32,056 bases of DNA. Origin: Polyangiaceae bacterium (lineage in GTDB: Bacteria > Myxococcota_A > Polyangia > Polyangiales > Polyangiaceae). Location: assembly GCA_044222475.1 (NCBI GenBank), contig JBGANF010000095.1:1-32056 (forward strand). Reading direction: 5' to 3'. The notes below the pieces were generated by a model. That model did no database searches, was not told the DNA's origin, and saw nothing but the letters and a program-made list of their open reading frames with translations. Of this stretch, positions 7,967-16,613 are shown in pieces. The first letter of the stretch is position 1. Every line of letters starts with the position of its first letter. The position numbers and the translations under genes are program-made.

Positions 7967-8914
7967 ATGGAAGCCACCGACGAGCCAGAAGCCGACGCCC
8001 TCGACGCCTACTCTCACGCCGTGATCGCCGCCGTCGATCGAGTCGGCCCCGCGGTGGTGAGCCTGTCGCTGGGGCGGGGCCGTAGAGAAGGCGGGATGGG
8101 GTCCGGGGTGTTGGTCGCCCCCGACGGCTACGTGCTCACGAACGCGCACGTCGTCGACGGCTCGAGCTCGATCGAGGCGACGTTCACCGACGGGCGACGC
8201 TTCGACGCGCGGGTCGTCGGTCTCGACCGGCCGACGGACCTCGCCCTCGTGCGCGTGTCGGGGAGCTCGCTCCCGTTCGCGAAGATGGGGACGGCGAGCG
8301 CGCTGCGGCAGGGTCAGCTCGTCGTCGCGATCGGGAACCCGCTCGGCTTCCAGTCGACGGTGTCGACCGGCGTCGTGAGCGCGACCGAGCGCGGTCTGCG
8401 TGGTCGCGACGGTCGCATGATCGAGAACCTCGTCCAGCACACCGCTCCGCTGAACCCGGGCAACTCGGGAGGGCCGCTCGTCGACTTCCGCGGTCGTCTG
8501 GTGGGCGTGAACACCGCGATCATCGCGTTCGCGCAGGGCATGAGCTTCGCGATCCCGTCGGAGACGGTCGACTGGGTCGTCCCGAAGCTCCTGTCCGATG
8601 GTCGCGTGCGTCGCGTGTATCTCGGCATCCAAGGGCAGTCGCGTCCGATCGAGGCGCGGCGGCTCGCGCGCCACGCGCTCGAAGGCCGCGGCGGCGTCGA
8701 GGTGGTGTCGGTCGAGTCCGGCACGCCCGCGCACGGCGCCGGGTTGCGCTCGGGCGACGTGATCGTGACCGTGCAGAATGCACGCATCGAGCGGATCGAC
8801 GCGTTGCTCCGCGCGCTGGCGTCGTCGCCGGTGGGGGCGCGCCTCGAGCTCGGCGTTCTTCGCGGTCTGGAGCTCGTGAAGGTGGCGGTCACCCCGCGCG
8901 AGGCGGCTGCCTGA
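7967..8914 (+). CDS. HtrA/DegP-like S1C serine protease with one PDZ domain, no signal peptide
   Basis: GSGV..LTNAHVV, TDLAL and NPGNSGGPL catalytic triad motifs. YLGI..PAHGAGLRSGDVI PDZ domain. Confidence 0.93.
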   Translation: MEATDEPEADALDAYSHAVIAAVDRVGPAVVSLSLGRGRREGGMGSGVLVAPDGYVLTNAHVVDGSSSIEATFTDGRRFDARVVGLDRPTDLALVRVSGSSLPFAKMGTASALRQGQLVVAIGNPLGFQSTVSTGVVSATERGLRGRDGRMIENLVQHTAPLNPGNSGGPLVDFRGRLVGVNTAIIAFAQGMSFAIPSETVDWVVPKLLSDGRVRRVYLGIQGQSRPIEARRLARHALEGRGGVEVVSVESGTPAHGAGLRSGDVIVTVQNARIERIDALLRALASSPVGARLELGVLRGLELVKVAVTPREAAA

Positions 8915-8923
8915 GTACGACCG

Positions 8924-10750
8924 TCACGGGCCGACTTCACCGGTGAGCGTCTCGAGGAACGCGGGGATCGCGTCGCGCGTCGGGTCGTCGAACTTGTTGA
9001 GCCACGGATCGACGACGCCGGTCGTCGTGATGTCGCCGTCGGCGAGGCCGGCGGTCTGGTAGAGCTTCACGACGTCGGCGATGGTCGCGACGGTGCCGCC
9101 GTGGCCGAACGGAGCGTCGGTCGCGATGCCGCGCAGAGTCGGGGTCTTCATCGCGCCGAGCATTCGAGGCGTGGACGCGAGGAGCGTGAGCCCGTGGGCG
9201 GCGGTCGGGTCGTCGGAGTATTTGCCGCTCGCGATGAACTCGCTCGCGAGTAGCGCGGTGATGCCGTCGCTGCGGCCGGTGTCGGGGAGCTTGTCGTCGC
9301 GCCCGGTGGGGAAGCGCACGTTGTGGAACGCGTCGTCGGTGAGGCGCGGTCCCCAGTGGCACATCGCGCAGCCCGCCATGAAGAACTCGTGGAGGCCGTG
9401 CTTCTGCGCCGAGGTGAGCGCGTTCGGGTCGCCGGCGACGTACGCGTCGAGCTTCGTCGGCTTCACGCGCAGCGTGCGCTCGAACGCGGCGATGGACTTG
9501 CCGACGTTGACGAACACGCGCGTCACGGCGTCCTTGTCTTGCGCGGTCATCCCGTCGAACGAGGGCACGCCGGGTTTGCCCGCGGCGGGAAACCGCACGC
9601 CGTCCGAGAGCGGAGGGAGCGCGCCGAAGATGGCCTCGTAGCTCGTCTTGTATCGATCGAAGATCTGATGGGCGACGTAGAGGCGAGACGAGCTCATCTC
9701 GCGGTCGGCTTCGATGGGGCCGAGCGCCTGCGCCCACAGCGTGTCGGCGCGGCCGTCCCAGAACTGCCAGCGCGAATGGGACGCGAGGAGCGCGCTCGGC
9801 GCGTGACGCAGCGTGGTCCACGCGCCTTGGGATTGCGGCAGGCCGTCTTGGAAGCGCTTCGCGGGGTCGTGGCACGATGCGCACGAGAACCCGGCGGCGG
9901 ACAGCTTGTCGTCGCTGAAGAGCGTCTTGCCGAGCGTCGCCGCGTTGGGGTCGTCGGCCTTGGCGTTGGTCGGATCGGCCGGTGGCGCGCCGGGCACGGT
10001 GATGTCGTGGATCATCTCCCACTGGTCGCGGCTGTACCAACCGTCGAGCTTCTCTTCGACGAGCGGCGGCGGGGCGGGGACCGAGGCGTCGACCCCGTTG
10101 AGCGCGTTGCGAACTTTGTACTCGAGGAGGCCAGGCGCGGGGTTGTCGAGGGTGGCGACCGCCTTCATCGTGCGTCGATCGACGACGACGTAGAACGGGA
10201 TCATGCGCTTGATGCCTTCGTGAAAGGCGTCGAGCTGGTACTTCGCGTCGGTCATGACGGCGCCTGGGATCGACGTGCGCGCGCGCCAGATCTTCGCGTC
10301 GGCGGTGCGGGGGATCTCGTTGTCGTCGTTGGCGACGAGGACGTCGACGACCTCGATGCGATCGGCGACGTCGAGCTTCTCGAAGAGGTCGCGCTTCGCG
10401 TGCCACTGGCAGGTGCCGCAGAACCCGCCGGAGACGCGGAGGACGAGCAGCCGGGCCTTGGGGCTGCAGGGCTCGAACCACTCGTGGAAGGCGAGCTTGC
10501 GCTCGGTGCCGTCGCTGGCGATGCCGTCGAGCTCGAGGTCGGGGAGGGTGGTGCCGATCTTGAAGCCGAAGGTGCGCTTGGGGTACGTGCCGTCGACGCT
10601 CTGGCCGTTCAGGCACAGGACGTCGCCGTCGATCGGGGCGTCCTTCGGGGCGTCGGGCGCTCCGGCGTCGGTCACCGGGGTGACGGCGGGGTCGCTGCAC
10701 GCGGCACACGCGATGACGAAGAGGAGAGCTCCGATCCACGAAAAGCGCAC
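8924..10750 (-). CDS. Di-heme cytochrome c peroxidase (bCcP/MauG superfamily) lipoprotein with an N-terminal thioredoxin-like domain
   Basis: LGKTLFSD, CASCH, QFWDGRADTL, CAMCH and KTPTLR motifs. N-terminal CGTC in a redoxin-like context. Lipobox IACAAC. GTG start. Confidence 0.88.
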   Translation of the reverse strand: MRFSWIGALLFVIACAACSDPAVTPVTDAGAPDAPKDAPIDGDVLCLNGQSVDGTYPKRTFGFKIGTTLPDLELDGIASDGTERKLAFHEWFEPCSPKARLLVLRVSGGFCGTCQWHAKRDLFEKLDVADRIEVVDVLVANDDNEIPRTADAKIWRARTSIPGAVMTDAKYQLDAFHEGIKRMIPFYVVVDRRTMKAVATLDNPAPGLLEYKVRNALNGVDASVPAPPPLVEEKLDGWYSRDQWEMIHDITVPGAPPADPTNAKADDPNAATLGKTLFSDDKLSAAGFSCASCHDPAKRFQDGLPQSQGAWTTLRHAPSALLASHSRWQFWDGRADTLWAQALGPIEADREMSSSRLYVAHQIFDRYKTSYEAIFGALPPLSDGVRFPAAGKPGVPSFDGMTAQDKDAVTRVFVNVGKSIAAFERTLRVKPTKLDAYVAGDPNALTSAQKHGLHEFFMAGCAMCHWGPRLTDDAFHNVRFPTGRDDKLPDTGRSDGITALLASEFIASGKYSDDPTAAHGLTLLASTPRMLGAMKTPTLRGIATDAPFGHGGTVATIADVVKLYQTAGLADGDITTTGVVDPWLNKFDDPTRDAIPAFLETLTGEVGP

Positions 10751-10792
10751 GCGCGGAGTCTAGCACCGGTCTCGGGTCGTCTGAGAATTGGA

Positions 10793-10981
10793 GCGCCCCG
10801 GACTGAAGTCCGGGGCAGCAACGCACCCAATGCAGCACTCGTCCAAAGTCCGCCCAGAAGGGCGGACTCTCGATTTTGGTATCCCAAGTTGGTACATGCA
10901 ACACGAGCCCGCCCTCTTGGGCGGGCTTTGGATGGGAACGGCACCGAGTCCGTTGCTGCCCCGGACTTCAGTCCGGGGCGC
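10793..10981. repeat. REP-doublet (REPIN-like) nested inverted repeat
   Basis: Perfect 31-bp terminal inverted repeats (10793-10823 and 10951-10981), each containing the palindrome GCCCCGGACT-GA-AGTCCGGGGC. A second inverted pair lies inside (10842-10869 and 10905-10932). Confidence 0.85.
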
Positions 10982-10988
10982 CATCTCC

Positions 10989-13088
10989 TCACACTCTCGG
11001 CAAGCGGAGCAGCGCGAGCGATCTCGGGGTCAGCGACAGCTTCTCCCCTTCACCGATCTTCCGCAGCTGCGGGATCTTCGGGCTCTCCGTGTCCACCAGA
11101 ACGTGCCACGGCGCTCCCAACCACGGCACGTGGAAGTCCACCGCCGCCGCCGATCCGTTGATCGCGAGAAAGAACGAGTCGTCCTCCAGCGCCTGCCCCT
11201 CGGGGCCGCGCTGTTCGAGCCCTAGCCCCGACAAGAGCAGCCCCACCGTGCGCCGCTCGCTCTCCGACCAATCGGCCCCGGTCAGCTCGCGCCCGTCGGC
11301 CTCGTACCAGGCGATGTCCTTCAGCACGCCGCGCACCTTCGCGCCTCGGAAGAACGTCTTCCTCTGGAACACCGGGTGCGTTCGCCGCAGCAGCGCGAGC
11401 TTCCGCACGAACTCCAGCAGCTCCTCTTGATGCGGCGCGAGATCCCACGACAGCCACGAGATCTCGTTGTCCTGGCAATACGCGTTGTTGTTCCCGCGCT
11501 GCGTCCGATCGATCTCGTCGCCCGCGCGGATCATCGGCACGCCCTGCGAGAAGAACAGCATCGCGAGGAAATTGCGGACCTGCTTGCGCCGCGCGGCGCG
11601 CACGCCCTCGTCGTCGGTCTCGCCCTCGACGCCGAAGTTCACGCTCGCGTTGTCGTCGGATCCATCGCGGTTGTTCTCGCCGTTCTCTTCGTTGTGCTTC
11701 CGCAAATAGGCCACGAGATCGTGCAGCGTGAACCCGTCGTGGGCCGTCACGAAGTTGATGCTCGCACCGGGGTGGCGCCCGTCGTCGCCGTAGAGGTCGG
11801 CCGAGCCGGTGAGGCGGAACCCGAGGTCCGCCCGCTGCCCACCGTCGCCGCGCCAGAAGCGGCGCACCGTGTCGCGGTAGCGGCCGTTCCACTCGGTCCA
11901 GTTCACCGGGAAGTTACCGACTTGGTACCCGTCCTTTCCGAGGTCCCACGGCTCGGCGATGAGCTTCACGCGCGAGAGCACCGGATCCTGGAACACGATG
12001 TCGAAGAACGTACCGAGGCGCGAGATGGCGCCCTCGCCGCGGCCGAGCGACGACGCGAGATCGAACCGGAACCCGTCGACGTGCATCTCGGTGACCCAGT
12101 AGCGAAGGCTGTCCATCACCATGCGCAGCGCCTGGGGATGCCGCATCTCGAGCGTGTTCCCGCAGCCGGTGAAGTCCTCGTAGCGCGACGCGTCTTCCTT
12201 CTGAAGTCGGTAGTACACGCGGTTGTCGATGCCGCGCAGCGAGAGCGTCGGCCCGAGGTGATCGCCTTCGCACGTGTGGTTGTAGACGACGTCGAGCAGG
12301 ACCTCGATCCCGCCGCGATGGAGCGCCTTGACCATGTGCTTGAACTCGCGCACCTGCGCGCCCGGGAGGCTCGCGAAGCGCTGCGACGGCGCGAAGTACG
12401 ACAGCGTCGAGTAGCCCCAGTAGTTCGTCTTGCCGCGTTTGATGAGCGCGATCTCGTCGGAGTGCTCGTGCACCGGCAGGAGCTCGACCGCAGTCACGCC
12501 GATCGAACGCAGGTGGTCGATCACGTGGGGCGACGACAGGCCGAGGTACGTCCCGCGGTGGAGCGGCGGCACCAGCGGGTGCAGCTTCGTCAGCCCTTTG
12601 ACGTGGCCCTCGTAGACGATCGTCTCGGACCACGGCCGCAGCGGCGGCGCGTCGTCCTCCCAGTCGAACTCCTCGCCGCAGACGATCGCTCGCGGGACGC
12701 CCCACGCGTCGTCGCGGTTGTCGGGCGCGCTCGGATCGTCGGAGGAGAAGCCGAAGATCGGCGCGCGCACGTCGACGATCCCCTCGACCGCGTGGGCGTA
12801 GGGATCGAGCACGAGCTTGTGGGGGTTGAACCGGTGTCCCCTTTTGGGATCGTAGGGGCCGTGGACGCGGAACCCGTAGCGCGTTCCCGGCCGCAGGTAG
12901 GGCACGTACCCGTGCCACACGAAGGCGGTGCGCTCGCGGAGCGGGAGCCGCACCTCGGCCCCGGCCTCGTCGAAGATGCACAGATCGATCGCGTCGGCGT
13001 TCTCGGAGTAGATCGCGAAGTTGACGCCGGAGCCGTCGTACGACGCACCTTGCGGGTAGGGGCGACCGGGGAGGAGCTGCAGGCTCAT
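10989..13088 (-). CDS. glgX: Glycogen debranching enzyme (isoamylase, GH13_11)
   Basis: PGRPYPQGA, NYWGY, DVVYNHT, VDGFRFDLA, LIAEPWD, INFVTAHDGFTL and QRGNNNAYCQDN. The ATG at 13088 overlaps the upstream stop (ATGA). Confidence 0.96.
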   Translation of the reverse strand: MSLQLLPGRPYPQGASYDGSGVNFAIYSENADAIDLCIFDEAGAEVRLPLRERTAFVWHGYVPYLRPGTRYGFRVHGPYDPKRGHRFNPHKLVLDPYAHAVEGIVDVRAPIFGFSSDDPSAPDNRDDAWGVPRAIVCGEEFDWEDDAPPLRPWSETIVYEGHVKGLTKLHPLVPPLHRGTYLGLSSPHVIDHLRSIGVTAVELLPVHEHSDEIALIKRGKTNYWGYSTLSYFAPSQRFASLPGAQVREFKHMVKALHRGGIEVLLDVVYNHTCEGDHLGPTLSLRGIDNRVYYRLQKEDASRYEDFTGCGNTLEMRHPQALRMVMDSLRYWVTEMHVDGFRFDLASSLGRGEGAISRLGTFFDIVFQDPVLSRVKLIAEPWDLGKDGYQVGNFPVNWTEWNGRYRDTVRRFWRGDGGQRADLGFRLTGSADLYGDDGRHPGASINFVTAHDGFTLHDLVAYLRKHNEENGENNRDGSDDNASVNFGVEGETDDEGVRAARRKQVRNFLAMLFFSQGVPMIRAGDEIDRTQRGNNNAYCQDNEISWLSWDLAPHQEELLEFVRKLALLRRTHPVFQRKTFFRGAKVRGVLKDIAWYEADGRELTGADWSESERRTVGLLLSGLGLEQRGPEGQALEDDSFFLAINGSAAAVDFHVPWLGAPWHVLVDTESPKIPQLRKIGEGEKLSLTPRSLALLRLPRV

Positions 13089-13648
13089 GGTGCACCGCCG
13101 TCCTTCGCGGCACCGGGGGACGGCGTCTCGAGCACTTGACCCGTCGCGATCGGGACCGAGTCGTCCTTCCACTCGAAGGCGACCATGTCCGTCGCGCGGT
13201 CGGCGTTCTTCGCGTAGACGGTGAGCGCCGCGGTGACCGGGATCTGCGCGACGACCTCGTGGGTGGAGCTGGTATCCCAGGCGTACGTCGCGACGTCGCC
13301 GGTGCCCACCGTCTCGACGAGGACGCGCACGACGTGGCGCCCCTCCTTCACCCTCGACGCGAAGTGGAGAGCGGTCAGCGGTGCGATGGGATTCGCCGTC
13401 GCGTCTGCGGCGGAGATCAGCGGCTTGTCGTCGACGAGGACGCAGACGTGGAGCGGACCGAAGCTCGCCTTGGGGAGGCGGTTCTGGACGACGAGCTCGA
13501 GCGACGTCTTCGCGTCGGCGGCGGGCGCGTAGATCGGCTCACCGCAGGCGCGCTTGATGCTGGCGAGCGGGTCGACGGCTGGCTTCGACTTCGCGCAGGC
13601 GGCGACGACGAAAGGAACGAGGGCGAGGAGACGAACGACGCGCTTCAC
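13085..13648 (-). CDS. Hypothetical lipoprotein (beta-sandwich-like)
   Basis: MKRVVRLLALVPFVVAAC lipobox, GAGG RBS upstream of the GTG, stop coupled to glgX start. Confidence 0.75.
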   Translation of the reverse strand: MKRVVRLLALVPFVVAACAKSKPAVDPLASIKRACGEPIYAPAADAKTSLELVVQNRLPKASFGPLHVCVLVDDKPLISAADATANPIAPLTALHFASRVKEGRHVVRVLVETVGTGDVATYAWDTSSTHEVVAQIPVTAALTVYAKNADRATDMVAFEWKDDSVPIATGQVLETPSPGAAKDGGAP

Positions 13649-13674
13649 GTCCTCGTCTCCATACCACTACTCGG

Positions 13675-16545
13675 TCAGCGGTCGTAGGCGATGCGTTCCT
13701 TGGCGTCCTTGACGACGTCGGACTGGACGATCCACACCGGGCGCGTCTTGTTCCGCCGCCAGAGCTCCGCGTCGTCGCGGAGGTACGGGCTCGCGGTGTC
13801 CCACACCTCGCCGCCGGGCAGGGCGTTCTTGACGATGGGGGCCGGGGTCCCGACGTCGGCCACGAAGCGCTGTACCGGGCCGCTGCCGTACGAGAAGCCG
13901 AGGTTCTCGAGCTTGCTCGGGTGGCTCCCGAAGTTCGCCGCGTCGACGCCGAACAGGTCGCCGTGGCGCGGGAAGCCGTTCGGGAACACCGGGTCGCCGC
14001 CCGGCGGGATCGACAGCGACGACCACAGCGAGATGAGCGACGTGAAGCGGAGCGTGTGGACCGAGCCCCAGCGCCACTTGTTTCGGTCGCCACCGAGCTT
14101 GGTGGTCAGGTAGTCGACCGCGTCGAGCAGGGCGCGCACCGCGCGCTCGTCGCGGGTCTCTTGCTCCGGGGTCGCGAGGTCGTCGAAGAGGATCGACTCG
14201 TTGGTGCCCACGTCGAGCGTGCCGATCTTGTTCTTCGGCGCCGTCATGAGGAAGGTGAGCGCGGCCGGGACGCTGTAGGGCGTGCCGCCCTTCACGACGG
14301 CGAGCTCGTCGTCGAAGGTGAGCATGCCCATGCGCACGAGCCACACGTTGAAGAGGAGCGTGGCCTTGCTCGCGGCGGCTTCCTTCGCGTCCGCGGCGAG
14401 CGTGTTGTCGTCCGGGTTCATGCCGCTCGAGGCCGAGTAGTCGGAGTCCTTCCAGCCAGTGAGCAGCGCGGTGAGCTCACCGACGTTGGCGCTCGCGTAG
14501 CGTGGGTCGGCGACGATGGTCGTGAGGTCCGGGTTCTTGCCGGCAGAGGCTTTCTCTTCTTCTGCACGCGCGATCGCCTGGAGCAGGATCGGGGTCAGAC
14601 GCGAGCCGAGCGCCGACTTCTCGTCGCCCTGGATGCTGGCGAGGTCGTCGGGCGAGAGCTTGTCCTTGGCCTTCAGGCGCTCGGTGATGCGACCGACGCG
14701 GAAGCCGGTGTCGAAGTCGCCGCCGACGTAGACCGGATCGCCGTTGGGGAGCTTGTCGTTGGACGGATCGTTGTCGAGCGTGACGCCGAGCGGGTCGGCG
14801 TTGGCGGTGGCGAAGAAGCTCGTGGCCGGGTTCTTCCCGTGGGGGATGAACGCCTCCTCGAGATCGCCGGTCCACTCGGCGGTGCCGTCACCGGGGAGCA
14901 CGAACATCGGGAGCGTCCCAGTGTAGGTCGCCTCGTCCCAGGTGAACGCGCGCTTGTCGCGCTTCGGGATGCGCGCCTGCGCGCTGTAGAAGATGTTGCC
15001 CTGGTCGTCGGCGGCGACCCAGTTCTGCGCGCCGACGCCGAAGGAGCGCACGGCGGTGCGGACGTCCTCGACGCTCTTCGCGCGGACGAGCTCCTTGACG
15101 GTGGTGAGCTCGGCCGAGGGCTCGAGGCCGGTCCATCGGTACGTGATCGCGCCCTTCGAGGGATCGAACGGGACGAGCGCGTGGTTCACGATCGTCGGGA
15201 TGATCGGCCCGTGGTGGGGGACGACGAGCACGTCGTACTCGATGGGCGGGCTTCCGTTGACCAGAATGGTCTCGCGGACCTTCTGGATGGCGACCTGCTG
15301 CCCGTTGAATTTCACCGTCGTCCCATCTTGGGACACTTCTTCCTTGTAGGCGTCCGAGACGTCCCAGCCGGCGGTGGTCGAGCCCCAGGCGACGTGGTCG
15401 GTGAAGCCGAGGATGACGGCCGGAATTCCCGGGAACGCGAGGCCGGCGAAGTTCGCGTTGTCCTTCGGATCCTTGGCGGTGACGCTGACGTGGACCATCC
15501 AGAAGACGGCCGGTGCGGTGAGCGAGAGGTGCGGATCGTTCGCGACGATCGGTCGTCCGGTCGTCGACTTGGCGGCCGAGACGATCCAGTTGTTCGAGCC
15601 GCGAGTAGGCAGGTCGCCGAAGATCTTCTCGCCTTCGGCCTGGGCGGCGCGCCACCCGGCGGTGGCGTCGAGCAGCGCGCGCGGGACCTCGACCGTGCGG
15701 AGCTCCGACGGACCGGGCTTCCGGGCGTCGTGGAGGAGCGCGTACCCGTCGCCGCTCAGCGTGTGGGTGGCGTCGTTCGAGAAGCCGCTGACGGTCGTCG
15801 TCGGATCGAGAGGGGCGAACCGGAGGAAGTCGCGGAAGAAGTTGCTGCGCGCCTTCAGCTTCGCGTCCGCCGAGCCGGGGTCGAACGCCTTCTTCGCGGC
15901 GTCGAGGAACTCTTGGCGACTGATGTCGGAGTCGGGATCGAACGAGAGGTTCTGCGACTGGTAGCGCGCCATCGCGAGCGAGTCGACGCCGGTCCACGGC
16001 GTGAGGTACTGCGAACCGAAGCCGACCATCGCCTTGGGCAGCGTCTCGTCGCCCGATTGCACGCGCGCGTAGAACTGGCTGACGCCGTCGGCGTAGGCGT
16101 CGAGCCACTTCTTCTCGTCGCTGTCCTTCGGGAGGGCGTCGTAGATCTTCTGCGAGACGCGGGTGAGCCCGATCGTGCGCTGCGAGATGTCGTTGTCGAT
16201 CGCGCCCGGCTCGATGCCGCCGTAGATCTCGGCGATGCGCCCTTCGGAGAGCCTTCGGAACATCTCGAGCTGGACGGTGCGGTCCTTCGCGCACTGGTAG
16301 CCCTGGACGCGGAGCGCGTCGGTGAGCGAGGTCGCGTAGATGTGGACCATGCCGTACGAGTCGCGCACGACGTCGACCGGACCGTCGACGTTGGCGAGCT
16401 TCACGCGATCGGTGATCGGCACGGCGTCGCCGAGCGGGCGCGCGGGGCCGGTCGGGGCCGGATCGGACGAGCAGCCGATCAAGCCGTGGGCGGCAGTTTG
16501 AGCGACGGCGAGCGAAAGGACCGAGAGGATGATGCGGGTGCGCAT
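13675..16545 (-). CDS. Penicillin acylase family (Ntn-hydrolase, S45) lipoprotein, possible AHL acylase
   Basis: VVRDSYGMVHIYA, DRTVQLEMFRR, GSNNW (beta-subunit N-terminal Ser), ANDPHL, QNWVAAD, ATANAD and WRWGSVH. Signal MRTRIILSV..LIGC with ATG at 16545. Confidence 0.92.
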   Translation of the reverse strand: MRTRIILSVLSLAVAQTAAHGLIGCSSDPAPTGPARPLGDAVPITDRVKLANVDGPVDVVRDSYGMVHIYATSLTDALRVQGYQCAKDRTVQLEMFRRLSEGRIAEIYGGIEPGAIDNDISQRTIGLTRVSQKIYDALPKDSDEKKWLDAYADGVSQFYARVQSGDETLPKAMVGFGSQYLTPWTGVDSLAMARYQSQNLSFDPDSDISRQEFLDAAKKAFDPGSADAKLKARSNFFRDFLRFAPLDPTTTVSGFSNDATHTLSGDGYALLHDARKPGPSELRTVEVPRALLDATAGWRAAQAEGEKIFGDLPTRGSNNWIVSAAKSTTGRPIVANDPHLSLTAPAVFWMVHVSVTAKDPKDNANFAGLAFPGIPAVILGFTDHVAWGSTTAGWDVSDAYKEEVSQDGTTVKFNGQQVAIQKVRETILVNGSPPIEYDVLVVPHHGPIIPTIVNHALVPFDPSKGAITYRWTGLEPSAELTTVKELVRAKSVEDVRTAVRSFGVGAQNWVAADDQGNIFYSAQARIPKRDKRAFTWDEATYTGTLPMFVLPGDGTAEWTGDLEEAFIPHGKNPATSFFATANADPLGVTLDNDPSNDKLPNGDPVYVGGDFDTGFRVGRITERLKAKDKLSPDDLASIQGDEKSALGSRLTPILLQAIARAEEEKASAGKNPDLTTIVADPRYASANVGELTALLTGWKDSDYSASSGMNPDDNTLAADAKEAAASKATLLFNVWLVRMGMLTFDDELAVVKGGTPYSVPAALTFLMTAPKNKIGTLDVGTNESILFDDLATPEQETRDERAVRALLDAVDYLTTKLGGDRNKWRWGSVHTLRFTSLISLWSSLSIPPGGDPVFPNGFPRHGDLFGVDAANFGSHPSKLENLGFSYGSGPVQRFVADVGTPAPIVKNALPGGEVWDTASPYLRDDAELWRRNKTRPVWIVQSDVVKDAKERIAYDR

Positions 16546-16571
16546 GGCGCGCGCACCATAGCTCCATTCTC

Positions 16572-16596
16572 CACGAACATACACTGTAAGTTCGTG
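16572..16596. promoter_or_regulatory. Palindromic operator-like site upstream of the acylase gene
   Basis: CACGAACaTACAcTGTAaGTTCGTG is a near-perfect 25-bp palindrome just upstream of a TATGGT -10-like box on the minus strand. Confidence 0.55.
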
Positions 16597-16613
16597 TCGG
16601 ATGGAAAAGAACT

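Noticed and set aside
7967..8914. Signal-less HtrA as a novelty
   Set aside because: Cytoplasmic single-PDZ S1C proteases with a similar N-terminus are, to my knowledge, widespread.
10760..11225. Small ORFs with repeated PGLKSGAAT / PRTEVRG peptides
   Set aside because: They are translations of the REP-like inverted repeat, not genes.
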